A DNA stretch of 57,535 nt, counting the filler, from Squatina squatina (Eukaryota), in assembly GCA_031763465.1 (NCBI GenBank). It is 4 parts of 3 records of this genome, joined end to end, with 100 filler letters (N's around TTAATTAATTAA, not from the genome) between each part and the next. Parts side by side here need not be neighbours in the genome. Positions count along the whole stretch, not along the records: positions 14,944 to 28,459 come from JARFOE010000115.1; positions 28,560 to 42,363 come from JARFOE010000016.1; 2 more parts are not named here. One strand, 5' to 3'. Shown here in pieces: positions 24,716 to 36,300 of this stretch; position 1 is the first letter of the stretch; every line of letters begins with the position of its first letter. The position numbers and the translations under genes were made by a program. The notes under the pieces were generated by a model that was given only the letters and a program-made list of their open reading frames with translations, did not search any database and had not been told where the DNA came from.

Positions 24716-25088
24716 CTGCAGCTCAGTTGGTAGCACTCGTCACTGAGTCAGAAGGTAGCGGGTTCAAATCTCACTTCAGAGACTCCAGTTCAAAATCCAG
24801 CTGACACTCCAGTATAGTACTGAGGGACTGCTACACTATCAGAGGTTGCGCCTTTCAGGTGAGATGTTAAACAAAGGCCCCGCCTGCCCTCAGGTGGATG
24901 CAAAAGATGCCTTGGCACTGTTTCGAAGAACAGGGGAGTTCTCCTTGGTGGCCTGGCCAATATTTATCCCACAACCAACACCTGAAACAGATTATTTGGT
25001 CATTATNNNNNNNNNNCACTTCAAAAGTATTTCACTGGCTACATCAGGAGGTCATGAAAGGCGCTATATAAATGCAAGTCTTTCTTTT
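24716..25088 (+). mobile_element. Near full-length DeuSINE (SacSINE1-like): tRNA head, Deu domain, LINE-derived tail
   Basis: A-box-like GCTCAGTTGGTAGC, B-box-like GGTTCAAATCT, Deu domain TGTTAAACAAAGGCCCCGCCTGCCCTCAGGTGGATGCAAAAGATGCC, tail GAAAGGCGCTATATAAATGCAAGTCTTTCTTTT. Confidence 0.85.
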
Positions 25089-26139
25089 AGACTGATGGCA
25101 GAAAATTGCAAAGTTGAGCAAAAAGGATGACAATTTTCCAGTTACTTCAAGTTGAGGATCTGTGCCAACTCATCAACACTTCATGCCCACATTTCTCTAA
25201 ACTTGAAAGGTGGGAAGAGGGGGATGTATAAGGGATGGATAAGGAATAAAACAGTCACAATTCATAGCTTGGGGAAGACAACTGACAAGCAGGTTAACCA
25301 GTACCATGCTATCTAACCTGCCATTGGCTATGTCTAGCTTGGAGTAGGTAAGCTTGCCAGGCCTGCAGCTGTAGCAGAGGGGTTGGGGGGGTGCAAGATG
25401 GGGGAAAAGATTAAGATTTTAAGAGGTTATAGTTTTCATAGCTTCACGCTCTTCCCTTGGAGAAGTGTGAAGTAGTGGAAGGATTGACAGTCCGGGACGT
25501 AACCATCTTTATCCCAGACAATAGGGTGGTGATATAGTGGGAGGGATTTATGGGCTCCCACAATCCATACAATCCACTGGATGTGAGCACCCTGCTAGAT
25601 GGTAACCTAGAACTTGGTGCCGGAGCTCTGGTCTCCACTCTGACTGTCTGGAGCAGGTTTCGAACCCTGCACCTTCTGACTCAAAGGCAGGAATGGCTAC
25701 CATGGAGACTCACTCCAAGTCAGAATGGCGAAAGAGAACACAAACACAGGAGGAAGGGGAATGGAAAAAAGGTGAAGGTAGCTGTGGTTCCTAGCTCCTA
25801 GTCACAGAAACACATAGCAGGAGGTTCCCCTATTATAAACTGCTATAATTATCTTATGACCACAAGACTCATTGAATATATTAAACAATAATTTATAGAA
25901 TGCAAACATTGCAATGCACATGAGAATTATCAAATATATATTGAAAATTATTCTACATCCGTTCCTCAATTTTGCAATTAAAGAACTTAGCTTCACAGCT
26001 GTTACTCGTTACTGCTCACATTCCACACGCTTCAAATTAAGCCGTTAATTCCACAGTTTGAGACGGTTATAAATTAATGCAGAAACACGTCGTTAAAAGA
26101 GCCAAGTGAAATTCAAATGGAAGGGGGCTGGTAATTGGA

Positions 26140-26390
26140 GGTACCAGGAGGGGAGGATGGGAGGAGGGGAGCGAGGGCTTCCAGGGCGGGACAGCACAGC
26201 CCCCTCCTCCGGCATTAAGAGATCGAATCAGACGGACCGGTATCCCCACGCGGGTCGGAGCGAAGACGCTCCCGCCGGGCTTGGGCCGCTCCCGCAGTAA
26301 CCCTCGGCCGTCGTTCCTGGCAGCGAGCTGGCTCTTCAGCTCGGGGTGCATCACAGCCAAGCGCATGTCCGTCCTTCACACACACGCATG
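26140..26390. promoter_or_regulatory. CpG-island-like segment, candidate PLEKHG1 promoter/first exon
   Basis: High GC with many intact CpGs in an otherwise CpG-depleted scaffold. GGGCGG box and GCGCATG present. Lies upstream of PLEKHG1. Confidence 0.5.
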
Positions 26391-28459
26391 AAAACANNNN
26401 NNNNNNNNNNNNNNNNNNNNNNNNNNNNNNNNNNNNNNNNNNNNNNNNNNNNNNNNNNNNNNNNNNNNNNNNNNNNNNNNNNNNNNNNNNNNNNNNTTTT
26501 AATGCCCCTATGATTTTTCTCCCTGGTTGCTCACAGCAGTGTCCAGCAGATTAATCTTCAATTCCTGGAGATTCAAGGACAATCCTGTAGCATTGGCAAC
26601 CCTAATTGGACTGGAAGCACAACTCAATAGCAAAAAACAGGTTGTTTTTGAGAAGTTTGCTTGTTAAAAGACTACTGTTGTCTTAGCAACAAATTATTCC
26701 AGAAACACTGACAACAGGAGACATCAAAGGGGATTCACCCAAACCGCATTCACCCAAAAGTACTGAGGATGCTTGACTGGTCTCCCGTATTATTTACTTT
26801 TAACAGATTGTTTAGTTACTTTGGCTGCTGGGTTCACTTGGCTACATTCGGACTGGCTTCACATGCTGGGCACAATGTGTACAGCTACCCTTAAATCAAA
26901 CACGTCTGTTGGCATACAAGAATAAAAAAAGTTTTCCAACATTTTAAGTGACACATTAGCAGTTTTATTATGACGGCAAGCAAACTTCAAACAATTTGGT
27001 TTAAATTGAGAGTGACTGTATTCGGAGAAGGTGCAATGGAACAAATCAATCAGATTTATTCCTGGAGGTGTGAGCACTTGAATAAAGCAACACGTCAGCC
27101 ACAACTCCAAGCTGTAGTTCACAATACAGATCAGTTTCACAGACCCAGAGATTGATTTAAAAACATTTATATTTTACAACTATAAAGTTGTTTTAAACAG
27201 AATTAGCAAATTATAGATCTGTTCTATATTATAGATCTGTTCATCAGCTATGGCTTAACGATGTTTCCACCCACAGCTGGAGTCCTGCTTATGATCTCAA
27301 CAACCATCTGTATTTATATAACACCTTTAACGTAGTAAAACATCAGATAACCACATATTCAGTGGCGTAGCCAATCTCAGTAACAGCATTCAGCATTATT
27401 TCTAATCAGTCATGGTTGTTTGAACCAATCACATTCTGCCAAAAATAAATTCTGTGGTACCCAACCACAATGACAGTATCCTGCATCCTGACCACTATTA
27501 AATGGACAGATAACACAATTTCATGGTTAATTTAACATATTTCTAAATTAGTTAACTGCACATTATAATTAATAAATGTTAATTTGGCATCTCCACTCCA
27601 AATGGTATCTGTTGCCAGGCTATTCTCTTACTGCTCCAATCCTGCACGTACGCACTGACCGTTCACTTGTGGACCAACTGTCCATGCTAGCCCTCAACGT
27701 TCCCCCAGCCTATCTCCCACTCCGGCCTCAGAAACAGACTGCCCGAGAGAAAGGCTGCATACTACCCGCCCAGTTCACAGTTCCTCANNNNNNNNNNNNN
27801 NNNNNNNNNNNNNNNNNNNNNNNNNNNNNNNNNNNNNNNNNNNNNNNNNNNNNNNNNNNNNNNNNNNNNNNNNNNNNNNNNNNNNNNAAAAATTCTTGTC
27901 GATTTTTGCCACTTCGGATGAAGCTACAAACAGTCCAGTTGCTGTTCTTGGCTCTGCCAGTAATGAGTGAACGAGCACCTAAAGTCTGCGTGAAATGTTT
28001 CAACTGTAGCGTACTACTCTGAACAAAACACCTATTCATTGTCACAGACTCTCAGCGATTGCATCTCAAGATATTGGAAAACTTATTTTACGACGCTAAT
28101 TGTGCGTCAACTTGAATTGACTACAGCCAATTCATACACTAACATTCAACTTTTTCAGTTTGTTTGGCTTTTTTTATTGTTTTTCAAAATTTGGAGGACC
28201 TGGTTGGAAAAAATACCTTTACTCAAACACAGCTGGACCTGAAAGTATTTTATATAACTTCAGGGTTGGAGTACAGATGTGTTGCCAAGATTACAAGGCG
28301 CCAGATGTAAATAGGCACAGGAAACTTTTGCCAGGAGGTAAACTTGTAAGAAAAATTCTATTTAAAGGAAAGAACTTATTTTTAAAAATCCCATGGTCCA
28401 AGGAAGATGAGAAGGCTATGGAAATCATTCAGAAAGCAGTCAAACTTAATGGAATACAG

Positions 28460-28559
28460 NNNNNNNNNNNNNNNNNNNNNNNNNNNNNNNNNNNNNNNNN
28501 NNNTTAATTAATTAANNNNNNNNNNNNNNNNNNNNNNNNNNNNNNNNNNNNNNNNNNNN
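28460..28559. other. Artificial scaffold-concatenation linker
   Basis: TTAATTAATTAA at 28504-28515 flanked by 44 N on each side. Confidence 0.97.
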
Positions 28560-28639
28560 TATTTTTGCAGTGGTACTTCAGAGATTTGTCTTGGAAAGCA
28601 CAGTTCTTAGAGGCCCTTTGGTTTTTTTGATGGTATTTT

Positions 28640-29048
28640 GGTGTTGGTGGGATCCTGCTATGCACAAATTGGCTGTGACATTTTCTTGCATAACAGCAAC
28701 GACTACACTTCACAAGTAATCCATTGATTGTGAAGTCATTTGGGACATCGTGATAAGGTAACGTATCCTTACCTCTGGACTTGACTATTCCTTTATTAAA
28801 AGCCTTCCTTTACATGAACCTTAGTTATTCATGTCGGGTTGGAATTCTGTTCTCCTACTGCCATCTGCTGGATGATGGGTTACATGTCATGAAGTTTTAA
28901 GCGAGAAGCAGGTGGAGTTGAACTTTTGGTTGAACGATCAACAGGATCACAACAGTGACTACATTTCAAAATAAAAGGTGCTTCATTGGCTGTAGCGCAC
29001 TTTGGAACGTCCTGAGATGGTGAAAGGCGCTATATAAATGCAAGTCTT
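28640..29048 (+). mobile_element. Two DeuSINE 3' fragments (28640-28760 and 28950-29048)
   Basis: gcacaaattggctg...actacacttcacaagtaat and cttcattggctgtagcgcactttggaacgtcctgagatggtgaaaggcgctatataaatgcaagtc. Confidence 0.75.
28858..28871 (-). promoter_or_regulatory. CTCF core motif match downstream of FOXF1
   Basis: CCAGCAGATGGCAG fits CCASYAGRKGGCRS at all positions. Motif only. Confidence 0.35.
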
Positions 29049-30379
29049 GAGTTATTTCCCAAAGGGCAGCGAGATGCAAACAATCAGTTGGATGATCTGA
29101 TTCATGGGGTCTCAATACTTAAAGTAGGTAAAGGAAAGCGGGACCACGCGATGGCGCTACAGGGAAATGTATCTCTCAAATTCCAGACATTCCCTGTATA
29201 TTCTCTGATAGCTCAATCGGTTTTGTTCCAAATCACAAGACTCAACGTTTCGCTCACAGCTTCAAATGCATTTTGTTAAGCAGGATGAACTTTTATTTTT
29301 GTTTGATGTTATGATGTCTGAGAGGTTTGTGAACATTTTTTTTAAGCATGTTGTCTCAGGTGTAAACCATTTTAGAATTTTAATCTCCATATATACAGAT
29401 TACATGGCTGGTCATTATAAGATACACAGTTGTACGGATATAAATGTAGATATAGCTTCGAATGTGATTTTAGCAACTTAGAACAAATGATAAATAGTTC
29501 ATTTGTAAATTTAACGATCTATTTACACCAGTCAAACTTTTCCTGTTAAAAATAATCAATACTAAAAAAAAGACGAAACTCCTTCAAAATCGCGACGGAA
29601 TATTTGCGTGTAATTAGCACTGTCAAGAAATAGGAAGAAAAGAAATATTGGGACAAAATGTTGAAGAAATAATGAGGAAAACTCACATTGAAACGGATCT
29701 GGGCACAATGATTACAGTAATCTGAACTTTAATACAGCTACATCGACATCCTTTGGAAAAATATACTCCTTAAGTGACACAACTCTTTCAAATAAAACAT
29801 ATAAAATATACCTACGTCTTGGTATGTACTTATTATTAGTTATAATACTGTGAAGTCCTCCCGAATAATGTGACAATAGACCTGAGAGGTATCCCAGTGT
29901 ATTGGCACTGACCGCTATTCACAAAATTAATTTGGAGACACGCCTTATTGAAATGTGATGGACAATGGTATATTGTCCATATTTTGCATATATAGAATTT
30001 TTCAGCAGCAGTAGAAACAGTCCGGATCAGAATTTTATTTCCCTCTTTATTTTCTTATATTGAAATAGTTATTTTTAAAAATTACTTTTATCTGGAGTTT
30101 TTGTTTAAAGCATTGTAACTTTCTACTCAGTATTTGTTAAAGGATTGCTTTTGAGATCGCTGTTTATTTGCACGACAGTTACAGAGTTAAATAACACTGA
30201 TAATCCGAGAGGAACAGGCTTTCAAATAAATTACACCCCATGTCTGAAATGTCAAATTTGAAAGTTTGCAGTTTCAGTTATCCAGGTCCTCGGCGGCAAC
30301 GCGGACTGCGGTGGGTCCACACGATTCAACTCCTTTTGCTATAAACTAGACTACACAGTCCAGGACACTAAACTGCATG

Positions 30380-30800
30380 CCATGTTTTTTTTAAAATTTT
30401 TATTTTACTAAATTATAGAATATCGTGTCGACTTCATACACAGAATAAAAGAACATTTCATCTCGATCATCTACTAAAGGTACAAACCAACTCGTCTATA
30501 AAAGTCCACATGNNNNATTTGTATACAGTGCATAAGATTACGTTAAAAAAAAGTCAGGTGTCACAATGCTGCTTTCAAATCTTTTCCAAATGCCAAGAAA
30601 CTTTAAAATATGTATTTTTTTCCCAATACATATTCAAATTAAAAAGGAGGATGTCCTTTTGTTTAATTAAAAACGCATGGTATGTTTGATTTACATTAAA
30701 TGACAAAAAAAAAACTATAGGTTCGGCAAATATTGCCAACAAACTTCACCCTTGACTTATTTTACAATACTGATAGGTTTTGGAGGCTATGCGGTGTTCT
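30380..30800 (-). other. FOXF1: FoxF-type conserved distal 3'UTR with poly(A) signal
   Basis: Minus-strand blocks CAGTATTGTAA..GTTGGCAATATTTGCCG..AAGGACATCCTCCTTTTT..GCAGCATTGTGACAC..TGCACTGTATA appear in the order recalled for mammalian FOXF 3'UTRs. AATAAA at 30399-30404. Downstream of FOXF1 exon 1. Confidence 0.6.
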
Positions 30801-30949
30801 TTACGAGGGGTAGCTAAAAATGAGAATAAATAGGAACTATTCGATTGAGCTTCGCTGAAAGTGCCTTCAAAAATCGTATCTCTCTCTAGTAATAATCATG
30901 GATCCACTTAATGCTTTAAATAAGGATCCAAACAAAGTTTATATAGACA

Positions 30950-31500
30950 GGGACGCACCGCTGCAGGTGTTGGAGGCTATTGCAGTGCAAGGCGGGAGGG
31001 GTAGGGGGGTGGAGGGGGGCGACACTGCTGGCAGTGACGGTCTCGGCGATCTGGTGCCACATCCTTTTTGGAAGGACCTCAAGCCCACTTTTGACCCCCT
31101 GCACACAGCTGGAGTGCTGCGTGCAAGGCCCTGAGTGCCCTTTCCCTGGCCTGTTGAGCCATTTGTGTTAGTGCTGAAGCACCTTTACCATTTTTTATGT
31201 TCAGCTTTAAGGGCCTATTTTTGAATTATTTTTTTTTGCAGAAGGCAGTTCCCCTTTAAGAGCTGGAGACTGCTTTCTAAAATGACAGCCTTGCTTTAAG
31301 AAAAGGTATCCTCGCTCCAGGGACACACATTGGACCTTCTGCGGAGCGCACAGCCTGAAGTAACGCGTTGGTAACGCTCAGATGCGCGCTGCAATCATTC
31401 AGATCAGCAGATAGCACCTGCAATCTTTTTACTGGTGCAAGCAAATCTCGCCCCGTGGTGGCACTGCCCATTTTCGGGCCTTATCAAATTTCTACGCCAA
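30950..31500 (-). mobile_element. Degenerate PIF/Harbinger-like element fragment (Myb/SANT-like remnant)
   Basis: GC-rich block. Minus-strand KRMWHQIAETVTASSVAP resembles the W..IA..V.A.S Myb/SANT-like helix of Harbinger-associated proteins. Terminus-like aaatttctacgcc near 31490. Confidence 0.35.
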
Positions 31501-32470
31501 CTTGTTTTAACAGAAAAACTGATAAATTGGCCCATTTTATTCCATTTCTGTGTCATTTTTTTTCTCTCGGTTGCATCTTTATGCTTATCTAAAGACAAAG
31601 CTCTCCTAGTTCCCTTCAGTCTGACTTGACCTCCAAGAAAATGTAGTTTGCTTTCAGTAATTAGCATTAGGAATGCTCGGAACTGAAGTCCAAGTAAATT
31701 CATAATAAACTTTCCTGCTATTGATAGACTTTTTTTTTGTTTTACAATGTACATATAAGACATATCATTAATAACAACTATTAGAAACAGCAGAAGAAAC
31801 TTTACAGAACTCCCATGGGAAATTTAAATAAACTGGTGGGGAGGGAGATTAAATATAAATCTTAAGCTTTTGTAATCTAAAACTGATTGTGAAAGTAGGC
31901 TTTGAAACAAGCTAGAAAACATAGTTGGTTCTTGCAAACTCTGGGGACCCAATTCACCTTTGAATGTTGGCGCCAATCGGGCGCAAAATGGGCGTTAGAG
32001 GTCTAACGCCCACTGGTGGTGGCAACAGTTTATGCAGCAGAATTGGATGGTTCTGGATGCCAGCGTCAACCCAGCGTTGGAGGCTGGGCGCTGGTGATGG
32101 GGGTTGAGGCAGCGCCAGGCGCAGATTACATCATCAGCCTGTGCGCCGCTCAGTGTGCGCCACTGTTGCAGTATTGGTCAGCGCCCGTTTTTTTCAGCGC
32201 TGATAGGCTGCATGGTTTCCAGGATGGTGCTATTTAAAGTGGCCTGGATGGTGGCCATTTTAAATCAGCAACTTTGGCTCTGAGTGTTGAAGTAAATTTC
32301 TGGAATGACAAGGATATGTTTTGCTTTGTGGGACAGAGGTTTTGAAGTGCAGTTGCAATTTTATTAAATTGNNNNNNNNNNNNNNNNNNNNNNNNNNNNN
32401 NNNNNNNNNNNNNNNNNNNNNNNNNNNNNNNNNNNNNNNNNNNNNNNNNNNNNNNNNNNNNNNNNNNNNN

Positions 32471-32800
32471 NATAGTTGACCTGTGGATCAGTCTGCTGGC
32501 TTATGTGGTGGACAGTGATTTGCCGAACTCCTTCAAGTAAGAGATGGACCTGTTTCTGGCTGAGGCAGAGATTCAGGCCAGTTGTCACCTGGACTCGTTT
32601 TGATTACCTTAGGAAGTCATCGAGGAATTTTGCAGATATCTCCACCTTTAATTGGCGTTGGTTTTGATTTCCTCAACTCTCACAGGAGATTTGTGATTTC
32701 CAGATGGATAGGGAGTGTCTGTATTGTGATGCAACATATGGGACAGGCTAGATAAACCAGTAAGTCTTTTCCAGTCTGTCATTTTTGTATATGATATGAT
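32471..32800 (+). mobile_element. CR1-type LINE 3' end (degraded)
   Basis: ttcaagtaagagatggacctgtttctg (FK.EMDLFL-like) and terminal gggacaggctagataaaccag..tcttttccagtctgtcatttttgtatatgatatgat. Confidence 0.45.
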
Positions 32801-34073
32801 ACAAGGCATGCTCTGTGGACTGTATTGCAGGAAGTTACCAGACCTGTGCTAGCAGTGGAATCCTTGCTTGAGGACTCCAATGGTCTGCTTGATGAGGGCT
32901 CTCATGGACTTGATTTTAGCACAGTTCAGCTACTGAGCCTGGGGGGTAGTCATGAGCGGAGAGTGCAGGGGACAGCCCTCGTCCCCAAGTAGACAGTCTC
33001 TGCGGCAGGGAGTCGGCTCTCTGCATTCTCATGTTATTATTGCCGTTGAGTTGGCACCACAGTAAACACTGTCCCCGCGGGGATGGCATCGAGATGTTTT
33101 CTTTGACCAAGTTTTGGAATTTGTTGGAAAAACAAAGGACGGTTTATTCTTTTGGTTTGTTATTTATTTCAGCCAGTAACCAATTAAGTGCAGAGAGAAG
33201 GAAGCAAATGCGACTTACTTCCTTAACTTAATGGCACTTTTGAAACTCTTCTACAAGACAACAGCTCTGAGCCCCGTCTCTAACATTTTCCTAATTAATC
33301 TGACTGGTGCATCGGCTCCGAATAATCGAGACGCAGAGAGAGTGTGCGAAAAAAAATTCTGTGTTTTACAGAGCTTGATTTTTGCTGTTTTATCAGTGTG
33401 ATCAAATCAAATTAGATTTCAATCGCCTCAGTGTTTATTCAGCTAGTCTGCTAAATCTTTGAGTTTTAGAATTGCTTCCTACAAAAGCGAAAAAAAGCTT
33501 TCTTTGGATCAACTGCATTAGACGCGAAGTTGTGTTAGATTAATAAATAGTTGAAATTTTATTTAACCCCTTGCGTTCATTAAATCGCGTCTGCAGCAAG
33601 AAGTGAGTTTCTTTTATCTTATTGATTGTTGGTTAAGGTCTTATGCTTTGAGCTCAAATTACAGTTCGCCGACACAAATACAATGCTAATTCGAAAAAAA
33701 AGATTGCTTCTAAAATTCTGGCTTCTATTACCCCAGCACTCCCTCCATCACATGTGACATGCCCGGAGCATTAATAGCACAGCTGCTCTATCAATGCCAT
33801 CCTGTTGCAAAGTAAGTCTTGCTGAAATACATTGACGCGCAANNNNNNNNNNNNNNNNNNNNNNNNNNNNNNNNNNNNNNNNNNNNNNNNNNNNNNNNNN
33901 NNNNNNNNNNNNNNNNNNNNNNNNNNNNNNNNNNNNNNNNNNTCAACACAGATTATCAGTTTATCCCTTCTTAATAGAATGGCTTTTCTGTCCCTTGAAT
34001 ATAGAGTGTCTGCTGCTCTATAAAGCCGTTACTATTTATGCTAATGTATAACTGTAGTACCATGGCACCGTAC

Positions 34074-35055
34074 CTTGTATATCGGCCGCGTTGTGGCTAT
34101 TTTGATGTAAATAGGACTGATCTAGAGAGTGTGCTTGCAGGTTTGACGTGAGATTCGCCGACGGGTTGCACGGTGAGAGGGGCTGCTGTTTGATGTAAGG
34201 AGCCCCGTTGTTGAGCGCGGAGGCCGAAGGAGCCCACGCTGAAGCCGAGGTAGTGTACATGGAGTGCGGCTCCATCACCCCACCGCCGGTCAGCAAGGGA
34301 GACGCGGGCACCGAACTGTCGGCGTGGTTGGGGTAGTCTCCTACCGAAGATCCTGTACAGCTTCCCATATAGTGACCATTGTTGGCCGAGAGGTGAGAGA
34401 CAGAATGTCCCGGTAAACCCATCCCATCAACGTTGCTGGGCAAATGTCCATTCATCATGCTAATGCTACTATCTATAGAAAGGCCATTTGGAGCACAGGA
34501 GATGGGTCCTCTTGACCCTTGAAAGTTATAGGTCTCTGGGATGTGGTTGAACCCCAATCCGTTCATCATGCTGTACATGGGCTTAAGGGCTTGGCATTTC
34601 CTGCGAAAGCCCCTGGGTCTACGCCTGAAGGAGCCCTCCTCAAACATGAACTCGCTGGCCGGGTCAATGGTCCAGTAATGGCCTTTGCCCGGTCTGCCCA
34701 GACCCTTGGGCAGTTTGATGAAGCACTCGTTCAAGGAGAGGTTGTGACGCACGGAGTTCTTCCAGCCTTGGTAGGAGCCTCGGAAAAAGGGGAAGCGGCT
34801 CTGGAGGAACTGGTAGATCTCGCTGAGGGTCAGCCTCTTGGTGGGAGAGCTCTGGATCGCCATCACAATCAGGGCTATGTAGGAGTACGGCGGCTTCTCC
34901 GGGCGCCGTATGCCAGCGTTTGTTTTCTTAGTTTTGGTAGTGGAGGTGGCTGTTTCCATCACAGAGCTCTGATTGTTGGCTTTCTCGGTGCCTGCAGACA
35001 TCGGGCTGCTCTGGGCCGTGCTGTGAGCCGCCGGCTGCTGAATCTCGGCCGTCAT
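34074..35055 (-). CDS. FOXF1: Forkhead box F1, exon 1 (complete forkhead domain)
   Basis: [70 protein letters not shown]...; FOXF1-specific flanks [42 protein letters not shown]. Phase-1 donor CAAG|gtacgg at the conserved FoxF intron position. Exon 2 is not visible. Confidence 0.97.
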
Positions 35056-35409
35056 TTAGGAGCAAGTCTCACCAAGCAAGTCACTTTAAACCGGCCGTAA
35101 AAGTCCTTTGATTCAACTCCGCCGTTCCCGTCAATATTTCCGAAACTTCGAGCTGCTTAAAAAAAAACTATTGTGCTAGAATATTGTTTTTTTTTAAATC
35201 CCCAAAAGTAAACTAGCAATGCAGTTGTTAAACGCGCTAAGGAGGGAGCCCTTGCTCGGCGTAGTTATCTCTTCAGCTCTCCGGCTTTTTGCATAGGTCC
35301 GCTGGGCAGGGAGTAGCTTTTCATCGCAGTTGTTCTGGGATCTGCCACGCCAAAGGGATCGCGTTTACTTTATCTCTTGTCATCGGCGTCTCGAACCTCT
35401 CGACTGTCA
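35056..35409 (-). promoter_or_regulatory. FOXF1: FOXF1 5'UTR / proximal CpG-rich promoter region
   Basis: CpG-retaining sequence directly upstream of the ATG. CpG retention continues at 36121-36740 after the gap. Confidence 0.55.
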
Positions 35410-36264
35410 NNNNNNNNNNNNNNNNNNNNNNNNNNNNNNNNNNNNNNNNNNNNNNNNNNNNNNNNNNNNNNNNNNNNNNNNNNNNNNNNNNNNNNNNNNN
35501 NNNNNNNNNNNNNNNNNNNNNNNNNNNNNNNNNNNNNNNNNNNNNNNNNNNNNNNNNNNNNNNNNNNNNNNNNNNNNNNNNNNNNNNNNNNNNNNNNNNN
35601 NNNNNNNNNNNNNNNNNNNNNNNNNNNNNNNNNNNNNNNNNNNNNNNNNNNNNNNNNNNNNNNNNNNNNNNNNNNNNNNNNNNNNNNNNNNNNNNNNNNN
35701 NNNNNNNNNNNNNNNNNNNNNNNNNNNNNNNNNNNNNNNNNNNNNNNNNNNNNNNNNNNNNNNNNNNNNNNNNNNNNNNNNNNNNNNNNNNNNNNNNNNN
35801 NNNNNNNNNNNNNNNNNNNNNNNNNNNNNNNNNNNNNNNNNNNNNNNNNNNNNNNNNNNNNNNNNNNNNNNNNNNNNNNNNNNNNNNNNNNNNNNNNNNN
35901 NNNNNNNNNNNNNNNNNNNNNNNNNNNNNNNNNNNNNNNNNNNNNNNNNNNNNNNNNNNNNNNNNNNNNNNNNNNNNNNNNNNNNNNNNNNNNNNNNNNN
36001 NNNNNNNNNNNNNNNNNNNNNNNNNNNNNNNNNNNNNNNNNNNNNNNNNNNNNNNNNNNNNNNNNNNNNNNNNNNNNNNNNNNNNNNNNNNNNNNNNNNN
36101 NNNNNNNNNNNNNNNNNNNNGGATGTTTATACAAAAACAATGTAAACATCTGCGATCTGCTCCTTTAAGAAAATTCTGTGAAATCCCGTCTAATACTGTT
36201 TCTTTTCTGTTACTTATAAAATGCTCTTTGTAGCCTCACGCCTGACTGTTTAGATATTCGCTTC

Positions 36265-36300
36265 ATATATGTGTGTGTGTGTGTATATATATATAATATA
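36265..36300. repeat. (TG)n(TA)n microsatellite
   Basis: atatatgtgtgtgtgtgtgtatatatatataata. Confidence 0.9.

Noticed and set aside
24716-24790. tRNA gene
   Set aside because: The A/B boxes belong to a SINE head that continues into the Deu domain; no cloverleaf.
26500-26603. hAT-like terminus (TAGGGTTGCCA on the minus strand)
   Set aside because: Only one end is visible because the partner would be in the gap, so TIR/TSD cannot be confirmed.
27210-27242. 15-bp direct repeat attatagatctgttc (similar small duplications at 46325 and 47289)
   Set aside because: Ordinary local slippage duplications.
27888-28340. Possible exons upstream of PLEKHG1 (e.g. IYD neighbour)
   Set aside because: Open frames and splice-like motifs exist, but no frame resembles IYD or any protein I recognise.
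34036-34073. FOXF1 ORF tail [12 protein letters not shown]
   Set aside because: Read-through into the intron past the conserved donor at 34072-73.
34519-35100. 193-aa ORF antisense to FOXF1
   Set aside because: Shadow ORF of a GC-rich coding exon, with no independent homology or ATG start.
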